DNA from: Phoronis australis
Lineage: Eukaryota; Animalia; Phoronida
NCBI GenBank assembly: GCA_002633005.1
Contig: NMRA01000092.1
Coordinates: forward strand, 839,116 to 903,115
DNA length: 64,000 nt
Direction of reading: 5' to 3'
Shown: positions 25,046 through 39,116 of the stretch, piece after piece
Layout of the letters: each line of letters starts with the position of its first letter
Numbering within the stretch: the stretch's first letter is position 1
Notes under the pieces: generated by a model
What the model was told of the DNA's origin: nothing
The model's input: the letters and a program-made list of their open reading frames with translations, nothing else
Database searches by the model: none
Position numbers and translations under genes: made by a program

Positions 25046-26993
25046 GTATTTAAAGGGCTCGCGAAATCGAGGCTGTTAATCTATCACCACTAGTACACGC
25101 ACGCCCTCTAGTTATTGCAGATTTCCCGAATAGCCCCATTGCACGTTTTTCTATTTCACAGAAATGTGTGTTTTCTCATGTGGCTTGTGTTCATTTGTTT
25201 TTGCAGTCCTGTTGTTATCTATAGTCGATTAGATTTACACTTACCTAATGATTTAAAAACAGAGCTTAAATAAAATGTTCTATTGTAAACACAGTCCGGC
25301 CAAGCCCTAGGTCGTATATAAACATATGACCCCCTGGTGGTCAACTTTAGAACCAATCGGAATACAATGAATCCACCCCAACCAGGCTGTTGTTCGATGA
25401 TGAATTATAAGATGCGTGGCTTTCACGTTTTCAGAAAGAAACGCTTTCGTTCGTTTCCTGTTAAAAGAAGACATTTTTGCCGTTGTGTGACTTGTGTCGT
25501 CAGTTTCACTAAATATACAGCTTACACGACCTAATTCGGATGGAATATCACACTCAAGAAATCAATTGAGCTTCAGTACTAACTCGTCCGTTACTATTGA
25601 TTGACCGCTACCAAAATCTGCTTTTGGTGCTGGAAATTCGTCCTTGTTGAGGTAAGGTTCTATTCAACAGGTACTTTAAAGTGCCATGGTTTTCATGTGC
25701 TTTGTCAAGCCACGCTAGTGTATCGATTGTCCTTCCATATGGTGTCCTTCAATGTGTTATCAATTCTAAGCATTTACCAAAAACATATCTGGGAAAATCT
25801 GCTGTTTAGCATTTCCTTCTTATAGCTATATGATCACACGTGGTGATAAAGTTTAAGGAATATACATAAAGATGTATCGGAGACAGTCTTTTAAATACAA
25901 ACTACGATACACTAAAAGCATCAAGTTCACTCCCGGTTTGTGGTCTAATTATTCTAACATTTCGTGTCGCATGTTCATTTTGCGCTTTCAGTCGGGGTTA
26001 TCTCAAATTAGTGCGATAATACATTCATTTGTGTACAGTGTAATATTAGTTACAACGTTAACAAATATCATGGCTATAGTGAACGTACATCCGTTGACAA
26101 TTGTCCATATTGTACGGGAGCCGCCGATTAGCAAACGCTGTGCCTTATGCGGGCCCTTGTACGAAAAACAAAGACGACGATTTTACACTACGGGTGGAGG
26201 TACGTACCCGGGGGGTACATTCCATAAAGTATCATAGCCGATGCTTCAGCTCGCACTAACGACAACTCAAGGTAATTATTATAGAAGAATGCCCGTCATG
26301 AATTTAGATTTGTGAATTTTGAATGCGTCTTTCATTAAGTTCTTTTAATTTCGAAGTCTTCCCATGTTTGGACAAGTTTGTTAGAGACGAATACTGATAA
26401 AAGGCACCAACAAGTAAAGCTACATAGTTAGAAAAGTATCAAAATGGACAAAGGAATAGATGAAATCTGGAGCGATCGAAAGAAAGGTCTCCACACTGCC
26501 GAGACAATGGAACCGATTTTGCCCTACTAAGGTGGCTAAATAACAAAAATCGATTTAGTCCTTTTACTCCTAAAAATCGGTCTCTGTATACTTTTTGCCG
26601 TGACAGGGTCTATTACCGTCAAGAACATAGAAATCATCATCGCGGTGACTCAAGAAAACACTTCCGGAAGTTTATTGAGGTTCGCCGACCCTAAAATTGT
26701 TTACTGGAATAATGGCACATGAACGCATTACCCGTGACTTGAGTTTTCACCTCAATGTGAGTGGTAATGCTTTGAAACCACAATGCGTTTCGGTTAAGAT
26801 TTCGACATTGACCTCTCAGCGGTGAAATGCCCCTTTAAGCTTCTCTCGCGGTGAGTTTTCAGGGTGAGCTTACTTCGCGGAGAACGTACTGACCTAACTG
26901 ATGTAATAAAAATAATGCACACGATTAAAATTGTGATTTAAGCGCAAATAATTCTGCATTCGGTATGGTGTGAGCAAGAGTACCCAATCGGCG

Positions 26994-27350
26994 TAAAGGG
27001 ACACAGTCGGTTTTACGACCCGCGAAAAAACGCACTTTGGGGGCTATTTTGGGTCGGATCTAGAAGTTATCATCTTTGACCAGAGCTACAAAACAAAAAA
27101 AAGTTGTTGCGTTTTTGATTTTATGACAAATCGCCGATCCCTGTCAAGGTCGTCCAATCAACATTAACGGAAATCGAGGCGGCAACTAATCAGCTCAGCA
27201 TTTCGTTGCTGGGCGCCGTGAAATGGTGTGTAGTGCTAATCTAAGTCAGTGTAAAAACCCAATGGTTAATCTCCTGAGTTTGTGTGAGACAATTAGGTGT
27301 GAATCGAAGCGCATTGGACGAGTAACCACTCTAGAACGGCCATTAAGGAA
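26994..27350 (+). repeat. Interspersed repeat homologous to 44981-46290 (taaagggac start, Kolobok-like terminus)
   Basis: Shared blocks tcgaggcgg, ttcgttgct..gcgcc.tgaaa, gtgtagtgctaatctaagtc and ctcctgagt..tgtgaga. Confidence 0.65.
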
Positions 27351-30300
27351 CGAAATCGAACGTTGGATTGCTGCTAATCAACATGTTGAATTCTTCGCTG
27401 AGTCTCAAAAATCTTCGTATCATATCAAGCAGTGGCCATACTTATATACAAAACTCGCTTTCCTAAATAGCCAAAGCCGTTTTGAAAACCTGATAACCTG
27501 ATAATTATGACTGCTAACGTATGCAGTTTTTAAGAGATAAATATAACCAGAGTGCCGTGATTTTGGACATCATGCCAGAACTCTAAAAATTACACACCGG
27601 GCAAAGTGAGCTTCCGAGTCATGGGGTACTTGAAGTCACGTGTTTCCACAGATAGGGAAGCCTATGGTCAGTGTCCTCTCAGATTTTTGCGAAAGTAAAA
27701 GGAGAGAAAATCGGAGTATTTTAACAAAAAAAAAAAATCTGAACAACTACTGAAGTGTTGTCTGAGAAATATGTTTACAATTCTGTTCAACTTTGTGCGC
27801 TTTATCCACGCTTCGTTATCGCCGATTTGGAACTTCATATCTCTATGATGACTGATTAGAGTCCAAGAAACTTCAAGTTGTGCACTTCACGCAATGTTCT
27901 CCATAATGCTGCTAGGAATTGTTTTTAGTGTTCTATTTTGTCATTAGAGGCTTTCAAAACTAGACTTTGAGGATAAAAAACACAAAAAGAGTTCCACAAA
28001 ATTCTGAAATTTGAACTGCGTTTTTGAGATTTCCTCTTCGAATATTTAGAGAAAGAGAAATTGGGCAGAAGCCTTTGTTTTGTTATGAATGTATTATTCT
28101 GTCTTATTAAATTTTGATAAAAAGCATGCTCACATGTTTCAATAAATGACAGATAGGTATAAAGTCAAAATCAAATCCTGCACCTTTCGTATTTTCAGAA
28201 AATATATTATTTTACAAACTAAATTATATATTTGCTGTCGATAAGAGCGCGCATAATGTTAACGCGTGAGCAAGATCTTATAATACATGAATATATCTAA
28301 GGAAATCTTGTAACGTATTCGTGAATTCGATAACCCGTTAAAATTGTCCTCTCTTCAAATGCATGACCCAGAATCAGGCTATGTACCGCAACACATGATT
28401 CACTGATAAGCAGTCACAGAGCATCTGACCGTATAAATTGTCTGGCAACGTTAATGATTCTAAATTATTCTAAAATGTATTTACATGCTTGCCGTCGATA
28501 ACAAGCTACAAATGGTATCCACGTGCAGATTTTATTAAAAATGACGACTAAGCCCATATCAGTCATGATGACAAAAATCAATGCAGCGTTGTTACATCGA
28601 ATACCGGATTAATTGTTCACGTCTATGCAGAAATTATCCTGGTAATTAAGGAGCATCGCAGGTCGAAAATTTACACCACTAATTGTCAACGTCGTGGAAG
28701 TACCACTGCAGTCGCTTGGAAAATTGAAGTCTTCTAGTTAAAGATAACCAAAGCTACTTAACTTCATGGGAAATATTTCAAATATTGGTAAATTTCAGGT
28801 CATCTTTGTGAAAAAGAAGCTACATGACGTTACGTTAGATTACTCAGTGCAAACATGTCGCCTTTACTTTTTCATGTATTTACATTTTGTTTTTTTTTAG
28901 TTTTCATAACGATTATTACGCAACACCTGTTGCACCAATGAACTCTTCTCGCGCGCATTCACAATTTCCAAATACGAGCTTTTATCTTGACAGGGGTCAG
29001 CACAGACAGAGAAATGCGAGCTCAGCTGGCTATTGCACGTGAAAATTAGATAAACTGACAGTGCACGTTCATTCATGAAAATACGAACTCAACTGGATGA
29101 ACTAGGCACTATTTCATTCAATTGCTCACGCCTTGACGAGTTGCAAGCTTTCCGTCTGTGCTGGTCCTAGGTACACACACCGCGTATACATAGTAAGCGC
29201 TTGCAGTGAGCTTAATTTCCACGTGATATATGCCTTCAGACATTAACACGCGTAACGGCAATGATTGTTTGGAGGCAACTGGCTCCATAATTTCATGATG
29301 ACAAAGATGAGAAAAAGTACATGAAAATTTACGAGGATTATTTTCGTTAAAAACGCGAAATCGGGTTACATAAATGCCATTTGTTAGATATACACAGTCA
29401 CACAAAAATCTCATGCCATTCGGTTCGAGAAAAACTTTGCTTTAATGTGACATTTGTCAATTCCCCCATCACGACTCTTTGAATGATGTATAACTTATAA
29501 AATACTTCCTAATAAGTAATAACAATGTCCATTTCCTCTCTCGGTGTAGAAATTTTAACGAAGCGACAGTAGATTGCATACATGTATCGATGATACGCCC
29601 TGGTAATATTTGCCGGAAACTCAAACACAGGGTTTATAGAGGAATTCAGTAGCGGATCTACAGAGTTGGTCAGGAGGTCTCAACATTTCTCAGGAGATGC
29701 AGTAAACTTTGTAGATTTTAGAATGACGTTACCTTGTAACTGGCGCTGATAGTTAGAAGCATTTACCATGAATTTGAAGGAATTACCGATGCAACAGGCA
29801 ACTCTGTCGTTGTGTGTTCAATTATTTTGCCTCTGCAAGAAGAGTTCAATTCTGCCAACTTACGACTTTATTATAAAAATATAGTATGACCATGTAAAAA
29901 CAAGATAGGCCTACCATCCACTGCATGAGAGCTCAACAATCACGAGAACAGTTTTAATGTACTCGTACACTCGGCAAAAAGGCCAAATAGAAGCATATGA
30001 CAGAACTTCAGAACACGACAACTCGGTATTCACTTCACACTGAACGCGCAACGGTTTTAGTATTTTGCATATCTATGTGAATTAAAATAATTTCGCATTT
30101 TAGAGTACAAGAATACAATGAAAAATAATAAAACGCACGAGTTCCTCATTAAAGATTAGACCGAAAATAGTTGATTCAGGTCATTACCCCGACTGAATTG
30201 AGACCTGCGCTCACCGATCTAAAAAATTACCCGCCCGCATCAATTTCAGCCAAGGTCTCGTATTTATTTTTTGTTTTTAAAAGCTGCACAAAGGCACGTA

Positions 30301-33300
30301 AGCCAGAGTAGGTTAGGTTTGAAACGCCATGATTTGCCAAGCGGTGAGTTACTTTAAAAAAAGAGCAATTAAAAATGCACTACTGACTAGATTTTCAAAA
30401 AAAAAACAGAGCTCAGGCGAGAATCTCGTATGAACGCGCGAACACTCGAGACGTCGCAAGATATCGCCATGTATTACAAACACGTGATCCCTCTAGCTTC
30501 CTTAGCGAGATTCTTGCGTCTACAAAATTCTAGCCCGAACCAATTAAGCTTTTTGGCCTCATAATTGACTCATTTTTTCTAATGAACATTTTTAGGGAAC
30601 TTTGATAATTTCACTCCATTTCTTCACAGAGACCCAAGAACAGTCTCAGACAAAAATCTGCAAACCTGTCATGAGATACACCTCGAACAGCAAGGGAAAT
30701 TTCAATGTCTATTTGTTACGTTCGCGCCGGCATACACCGTAGCAATATCCGTTAATCTGCCCAGGTGAGAGTTCAGTAACTCTGGGGCCTACGCTTGGAC
30801 CTCGCTAAAATCTAGCCAAATTCATGTGTTCTTGTTTAAAATACACGGCAATATCTCACGTATCTCGCAGTCTTGCTTTTTAGCAAGGTCCTAGCTTTGC
30901 TGTTACTCTACCCTGGTAAGAGCCGGGGATGCCAGGCCACGTCGCGGCGATGAGTAGTCGCCGTGTTTTTATGAACAGTGCATAGAACCCTGACTGTCCA
31001 CTCGGTTTGGGGTTTTTACCTTTTTTCAAACAGACCTGTGTTCCGTGACAATTAAAATGACATAACAATCGTAGAATATGCAGAATACAGATAGATTGAA
31101 GTCATTGATGGTCGTTAACACTATAACGACGATATTCTATATGATTGTTTACATGTCTGACCCACAGTAACAAATGCATGGCGAAAGCTTGACTACAAAA
31201 CTGAGGATTTCCCTTATACTATTTATGTCCAAATCCATGTGGCAATGCTTATGTCCAGTCTGGAAAACAATAATTGACCTTTTTATAGATTTTTCCTTTC
31301 TTGAAATTGCCAGTTCATGAAGTGACTTTTCGTATTGTGGCGTTGAGCGACACGTGCATTCCATCCTAATTTAGACAGCCGCTGTGCCATTCGCATTGAC
31401 CTTTCCCTACCATTGACTACAAGTACAATTGATGGTCTCCTTGCTTACTACTTCAGCAGAACGCAACTGAATTTCAAAGCATGGTCCGTGACTACTACTC
31501 CAGACGACTCGAAAATTGACCAGTTACATTCTCACGAAATTGGAAAAATTACTCGAAGCGTGGCACGCGATTCGTCAATTTTCAAATCGAGTCTTCGGCG
31601 AATATTTGGTGGTAGAGGGCCCAGGTTATTCAGTCGCACGAAATATGTCTTAAATCTTTCCATATCAGAACAAACCATGACATTCGTAAGTGTGGTCGAT
31701 CGTGACCCTCAAAGAATTTGACTACTTCACTCCGGGCCAATCGTTGGACACTTCACAATTCATTTCGATAGTAAAAACCATTGTCTCGTGCCAAGAAAAT
31801 TTGCAGACTTGGTTGTTACACTATTTCTATGTTGTTCGGGCCGTAAGTCGGAAGAAATATTCGTGTCACTGTGTCTAGTTGTATTTGCAACTCGATCACG
31901 CTCCAAGCCACCAAAGTCCTCTTTGTGTGCCTGATGAAGCCAGTATTTGTTAGTTTGCCGAGCCACTCTAAACAATTGAACTCGCGGTACAGGTGTTTCT
32001 GATGAATCAACCCGTATATCACAGCTACAGTTTCATATACGCATGAAAATAATTTTAATAGAAACTTTCCATTGCATGGCAGAGCCCGCACTGCGAAACT
32101 TCCGTACTGGTGGACTAGACCGGGTGATGAATAATACACGCCTAGTATACGATGGTATATTTCAAAACAGTTCGTGTTCTGAGAAGCTTTGGTAATGAAA
32201 CTGTTTAACCGAGTTTCCAGGTTACAATCCTTTGGAGAGGCAAGTCTAAGCTTCCAAACTACACTAATTGGTAAGGATATTAACGTATACAATTTATCGC
32301 ATTTGCATTAAATCGTAACAGCTGCTTTACAAATTAATGGTAGATCGGCACATGCGCACTGTGCCTATTCCCTGAACAGGTTGTTCTTCGTTTCCATTTG
32401 AGCCAATTAGTTATTTTTCAAATCATGGTGCCCATGTTGATAAAGGCTTATGGAATTTGTAACGAAAGAACACAAAATTTCGTACGCGATCGTCGATCTG
32501 ACACCCAGGAAATAGTTACAAATATGACAACCTGGGAAGATGCAGTTACGCGATTCGTAAACGACCAATGTCAAATGAAATAACATTCTTTATCAGATTG
32601 CCAGAATATTAGTAAACCAATAGTGTTTTGCGTAGCATGTTTTCCGGTTTGCAATGTTCAAGCTATATTTGACACTCATGTACGAACAGCAGTTATTAAA
32701 GTTTTAAAATCATACTGAAATAACAATGTGCGCTCGGAATAGGTAAAGTGGCCAACTTCGAAGTATGGTAAACTAAGAAAGGGGCCAGAAATAAACCTCA
32801 TGAGTTCATTTCGGCCATAAAAAGAAGTACTGTGTTGCCTTATTTCAAGACTCGGTGAATCGTCGCAAAATTGAATCATAACATTCGACACTCCATTGTG
32901 TGGCAAGAGGTATCCACTCAACCAAAGGCAGACAATGATTTTTTTTGACGCCAACTCCCAAATTTAACTTGGAAGTAGCAAATTTTCTTCTCGCATTTCT
33001 GTAGGGACCTTAGCCGTCGGGAATGACGTTGAACTTAGCTAAGACGTGCACTGTGCGTAACAATATCACACAGTGCTGCCCTCTCAGGTGTTTTAACTGT
33101 ATTGTAACTTATGTGATAGTGATGAGAAAACGCTGACTTGTCATGCCACTTTGGCTAAGTAGTAGATGGTAATAACAATAAAATATAGACTAGTGTCTTA
33201 CTATCAAATCGTATATATGCCAACAATGCACTTGGTTAAAAACTGGGTGACAGAAGAACAATTGTAAATATTGATGCCTGCTGTGGCAATGACCGAGTAA

Positions 33301-34445
33301 TATTCCGAACACCGGAAGAAGTTCTTGCAATTGGCGTCAATGGAACACTGTGTGTGACTAGAACTGAAATCATGCAAGCTGCATGTCACATGCTTAGATT
33401 TTTACCCTTTTTCTTCTTCTCTGCTCATTCCGAGGATAGTGATAATGCATACGTCAGTCAAGTCATAAATTTCTACCAATCAGGGCCCAGGAAATGTAAA
33501 TGCTATGATCGGCTTTTATCTTGGCCGCGAATATTTGTTGCCAACGAAAGCACAAAAACGTTATTCCTCGTTTTTTCGACGAGCTTGTCTCACTTACTGA
33601 GTACGTATCAAGGATTTAAGGAGAACAAACAACTTGTGGTAAATAAACGTATGTGACAGATCTCACGATCAGCTGAGTATACGTTCTTACGTCAGAATAA
33701 ATAGAACCCCAAATTAAATAAATTGACCTTCTTAAAGTATCACAAATATTTTCTTTTCTTTACCAGTATCGTGAAAAATATACGAAACACATGTGGGTTA
33801 CAGTACACGCGACTTACAGAAACGTGACCACGCCGACATGACACAAGCACAGGCACCAGAGCGACACTTCGATGATGCGTAATCGCGTGAATGCTGTTTT
33901 CCTTATCGTCATTTGTGCCACGGAATAGTTTCCAGATCACCAAAAATGATGTGAACGAACTTTGGGGCACTGTCAATTACGATATCAATCACAGTACCTA
34001 TAGTTGTTTGAATCAATCTGACAGTGAGAGTGACGAATGGTCTCATGAAATTTTTTGATATGCTACTGTGTCTACCCTTACATCCCCATGGCTCCGTGAC
34101 GATAACAGTTTCAATGAAACATCATCGCCCAGGAACACATCGAAAAGGATCTGTTGTTTTAGTACGTATACTTCCGCTTTACACTAGTGGGATTTGCAAA
34201 GGTAACTATGGTAGGCGTGGCCGAACAGCGTTTGTCGGAACTATTCATTGGTTTATGTTCCGAAAGTTATACTAAGAACAGAGTTTGACGATATTGTTTT
34301 GACTAATGCAAAATAGCCTACAACAAAAATGAACCAGTCTCCTGATATTAATTATGGCGTAACAGTTGTCAGAATTTACCAGTTGTCTTGAGTTACTGAT
34401 TCACATTAAGCCTTTGAAATTTACTAAGTATGCCTACACTGACTT

Positions 34446-34514
34446 ACGATCATGTGACCGTTGTAATGGGCACTTCCTTTTAAAATGTGCTCTCTACAAC
34501 GTCCACATGACCGT
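34446..34514 (+). ncRNA. mir-2001: pre-miR-2001 hairpin (mature 5p about 34452-34473, ATGTGACCGTTGTAATGGGCAC)
   Basis: Matches recalled miR-2001 (wUGUGACCGwUAyAAUGGGCA). The 5' arm pairs with gtgctctctacaacgtccacatga at 20 of 24 positions across a 13-nt loop, and it lies upstream of miR-252 as in the known cluster. Confidence 0.9.
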
Positions 34515-35586
34515 GATGTCTGTTCCTCAACCACTCCCGATGAGCAACCGGACCACCACGACAGCAACAGGTGTCGCTGGGCACGAGAGCCATAACTTGT
34601 CTGAACTCGAATCGGATCCTAATACTCGTTGTAAAATTTCCAATTAGTTCCATGAGGGCCAACCTAAACATGAAGGAGCAAAGCTGCGGGCGTTAGAACT
34701 ATACAGTATAAAGTACTATCGTTTTCTTTATTCATATTCATACCAAGATACGTGGTTTATAGTTCGATATAAATCATTAATGACTATGTTTCTTTGGACA
34801 ACACATCAAGGCATTGCATTTTGCCATTATTGAAAAAGCCAGCGACTTTTAACCAAAATATTCGCGCAAATGTTGACAATTGCACTTGAATGAATTTTCC
34901 ATGAGGCGGAATGTTTGTAAATATGTATGTGGGTGCCCTTGAGTTCACACTCATAGGTAAACTAGCATCAGTTTATTTGCATGTAAAATTGAATGCGAAC
35001 AGTTCTCATTTAACTCCGTTTATGACATACTTCTTATTTTTACCAGTGTAACCAACTATTCGCTTTCATAAATGATGAACACTCTTGATGACGACTTATA
35101 AAACTACATGTTTACAATATTCCATAAAGAACTGCCGTTCATACAATGTACAAAAACCACCAATATTACGGCACCCATCAATCACTCTCAGCGATGTAGT
35201 TGCTGAAACGCTAAATAAATTTACAAGCATGAGATTATAAGTTCGGCTCCAGATAATAGTGGCTGTGAGTTTTCAAGTCTTTGAGCAAACTTTCTTTTCA
35301 GTTGTTTGCCACGGCATCCTTTTCCGACTGAAATTGCTTCCAGTCGTAAGAAACAGGCAAGTTAAAGGATTCTTGCGGTGTTGAAAAGTAACTAGTTCTT
35401 TCGAGGTAGTTGACGCAAGAGAGTTTCCAGGTAGTCCAAGTTACCTGTAGTAGTACTTGGAGGAATTGATTTACTCAAATAATGAATTATCATTTCTTAT
35501 AATGAATTGAACAATACGGATGCCGGGTGTATTTCAATGCTGACGTTAACAAGAATATTTTATCCTGGCGTGGTCGTACTCCTAGG

Positions 35587-35778
35587 TGTCTGCAACCAGG
35601 AGGCGCTGCGAATGTATGCTGGTGCCACAAAGAATCGGTTGCTGACGCTATTAGGGAAGTGTGACTTACGGTAGCCTCAAAAGAGAATGAGGGTTAGTTT
35701 GTGCCAGTGGAAACGAACTTCAATTATTCCATAGAAATCAATATATAAGAATTAATGCCACACATGTGGTTGCAGACA
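35587..35778. mobile_element. Small MITE-like element
   Basis: Inverted termini tgtctgcaacca / tggttgcagaca about 190 bp apart. Confidence 0.5.
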
Positions 35779-38508
35779 AGCTTAGGGTGGGAATTAAAAG
35801 TAGTCGTAGAAGCAACCGCGAACTTCATTCAGTTCGTACGAGTCTAAAATAACGAAAGCTGTTTTGACAGGTCTTTAAGACATTCAAACTAGTATCCAGG
35901 TATTTTATAACTTTTGAAAAATTACGGCAAATTACATGTATAGCGTTATTTAAAAATATTTTAGTTGTATCTCTCTATAATTTCAATGGGCAGGACTCAG
36001 CTAATACTATGATTCAAGATGGTCCATCTATCAGCTCCAGGGTGTGCCGTACCACAAAGGTGCTCAGCTTGGATAAAGAAGGACCATTAGGCAACCTGAC
36101 TTCAATATTAACCTTGAACTTTTTATGTTTCAATTTTCATCAAAAATGTTAAGCCGTTGTCAAAGGCTGACTTCTGTTATTGCAGGTTTTGGCGGCAAAA
36201 TTTCGTGACCACTTATTTACGAGAGACTTGTCCTACATATGTTAACAATGGACTACTGGGTTATTTTTCCTAGCGTCTTACTTCAGGTAACAATTGTAGG
36301 CCCGTTACATTCGTAACACCTACGGTGTTTTTGTAGCCTGAAACTTGAAGATACGAAGATACCTAAATTACTTGTACTAGATGAATCCGTTAACGTGTAT
36401 TGTCGTCTTTATTCCATGGAATTGTTTCATGAAAAGTGATTTTGGACTTGAGTCAGAAATTCCGACTGTGTCTTTTGAAATTGACGCGGCGATGCTGTAC
36501 TTTTTAGTTGTCAATGTTTCCAAAAATAGTAAAGTCCCCTGGAGCCAGATGGAATGGGTCGGGATCCTAAATTCTAATTTTTGCGCTACAATTTTTTTGC
36601 AGACAACATGATTTTGTGTTTAGGAATAAACATAATCAAAGACACAAAACAAGCAATTTAGAGCTGACCATCTGGTAAAGATTTAGCTTTTTAACTGTAA
36701 AAACTCACACCCCTGTACTTTACTGTCTATTAAGAAATGTATACCAAACATGAGGTATTTATGTCAAGGTTCAAAGGCAATTTGTCCTGGTCTCACGTGC
36801 TGTCCCTGTCCTATCTTCTGAACTTGGTGAACATCGATACGTTGAATTTTAAAGAGCAGTGTGCACAGGAACTGTTATGTACAAACTCAATGGAATCTGA
36901 GTTTAATTCGAGTTTACCAAGTAAAATTTGGGTAGACGGACATTGCCACCTTGACACTAATTTGCCGAGGTTTGGTCATGCATATCCTTTGAAAACTAGC
37001 ATGTTGGAGTTCGCAAGTTCGCTTCCGCCATTTTGATGTTTGGGTAATGTTTACCTGGGATGTGTAGCCTACTCCTGCGAATTTGACGTGATCACGCAAG
37101 TCCTCGTGAGATGTCGCTACGCAGCATAACAAGTGGTCTCATTCGCCTTTGTTTCATTAGCTAGCTTTTTGAACTCATCTCTCTCTTCCAGTCATTCATT
37201 CTCACGAGACCTCGATTTTTCTACTAACAAACTCCTGCATCTGGGGGAACATCTACAGTGCGATATTTCGTTCCGTTAAAGTTGAGAATGGAGATCAGTG
37301 TTTCCCGGAAATAATATGAACATTTCCTTTTTACTCACTACCAAAAATAACATTTCCAACCAAGTTATTCCTCCGCGCAAAATATGCCTAAAAACCTTGA
37401 ATGGAAATTGGTGTCCGTCCTCCAAAGAGACCTGATCAAATGTCGCCAAAGGTGGGTTGAAAAGTCATCCCTTTAGACAGGGCTGTCAATCCTACAAAAA
37501 TTGAAGTGTTTTAAATAAATTGCAGATGATTTTTACTTCTTTCGTAATTTGATCGTAAATAGGAAGGAAATACCCCATGTATGTGAAGTCTTAAACATAC
37601 ATCCCTACATATATAAATATACATTGAATAAGAAAAGGTATGCTACGGTATTGAATCACCTGCGCTCTTATTCAATGCATCGACGGCAGTTGGTATAATT
37701 CTAAGTGATTACTTAATTTTATTTATTGCTTGAATTACCCTAATCGTGTTCATAATTTGTAGAGTGTATAAATTGCCATGATATTGTTTTGGTCGTCTGC
37801 TGTCACACAATATCGTACGCTGAGCCACCATTTTGAAGCAGATGCATGATTAGTGTGAAAGCGAGGCTAGAGGAGACGGATACATACATATATATACAGG
37901 TACATGTAACAGTGTTAGCTCAGCTGATTTGCTCACAATTTTGGAAGAAGAAACTCTTATTGGAAAATTTGGTAAGTTGATTAATATTGAAGTCAACGAA
38001 ATCCATTAAGTTGAATGTACGGTTGTCCATGATATGAATTTCATTATATCTAAACGACGAGGATTGTTTAGGTTCAAATCCAAAATAGACTTCCTAATTC
38101 ACTAACTCAAAAATACGCGCTATGCAGTAATTCGTTACGTTTTAAAACCATTATGGGTTGCACACGATAGTGTCGTTGGTGTTTATGAAGGAGTCTTTGA
38201 TTCTGCAAAGTACGTGTGCATTTACAAAAACATAGGAGCCAAGCAGACAACACTCACATTGGCCGTCATGAATTATTCTTTCACTTAATCTTTAAGATTC
38301 CATGGATGTTTATGAACACTTTCTTTGAGTATCTTGTTTTAAATTTCCCTTCGTGGTTTCGTTATTTCAGGAGGTCACACACCCATTTGGACGTAGACAG
38401 CTGCATCAATAACCTGATTATTGTCAATTCCCATCATTCACCATTCACTTAACTGTCAATTCGCTCCGTTGTGATGCGGGTGATAAGGTCGCTGCTTAGC
38501 AACAGTCT

Positions 38509-38583
38509 CACGTGGTCACTAAGTAGTTGTGCCGCAGGTAATATTTTGACTTTACCTGCCCACATCTACTTCTAGCTCATGTG
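38509..38583 (+). ncRNA. mir-252b: pre-miR-252b-type hairpin (mature 5p about 38519-38540, CTAAGTAGTTGTGCCGCAGGTA)
   Basis: One substitution from recalled miR-252b CUAAGUAGUAGUGCCGCAGGUA. The 3' arm ttacctgcccacatctacttctag folds back; basal stem cacgtg/catgtg. Confidence 0.92.
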
Positions 38584-39116
38584 TGCGTTTTCACCAAAGG
38601 TTTTATTTTCCGTTACCTCCAAGCAATGGCTTGTCGACAGGTGGCGATGTCGTTGGATGCAGGAATGGGACGATTTAGACCTAGTGTTTTTTTAATATAA
38701 ATGAAAGTTGATGGTGAGTTTTGAGTTGAGAAGCTTCCGCGGTTGGTACGTTTTAACAGTTGCAGCAACATTGTGGCTATAAGGGTCTCGAACAAACTTG
38801 GACGGTGACAAAGTGACCTCGGGACTCAGGACTAAAGTTTGATCACATGCCGAGTAGTGGGCGTTGTGTGGAGCGCTAAATGGCAAAGGAACGGCAAAAT
38901 TCTGGTATACTTGATATTGATTTGTAGCTTCATTGTGGTAATACTATATACTTTCTATACTAATGATAAATTGTTTTTGTTGCTTCTATAAATGTTATTG
39001 TAAAAGAAAGAAGATTGTGGTAACAACAACAGTAACAGGATCACACGATTTTTTACCAACATTAATTAACTTCATTGTTAACTTACACTAAGTGACAGGT
39101 CGTTCACCAACTCGAG

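Larger units (their letters stand above)
22524..25137. mobile_element. Decayed ISL2EU-like (PIF/Harbinger-related) DNA transposon
   Basis: AT|GGGGCTATTCGG ... CCGAATAGCCCC|AT (12-bp TIR, AT TSD), plus an inner inverted block tgtactagtggYgat. Convergent THAP (+) and SAP (-) pseudo-exons; N gap 23934-24749 lies inside. Confidence 0.75.

Noticed and set aside
33155-33165. CTAAGTAGTAG, matching the 5' half of miR-252b
   Set aside because: The 3' half does not match and no convincing fold-back arm follows.
37723-37740. ttattgcttga resembling miR-137
   Set aside because: Only about 11 nt match and no hairpin partner was seen.
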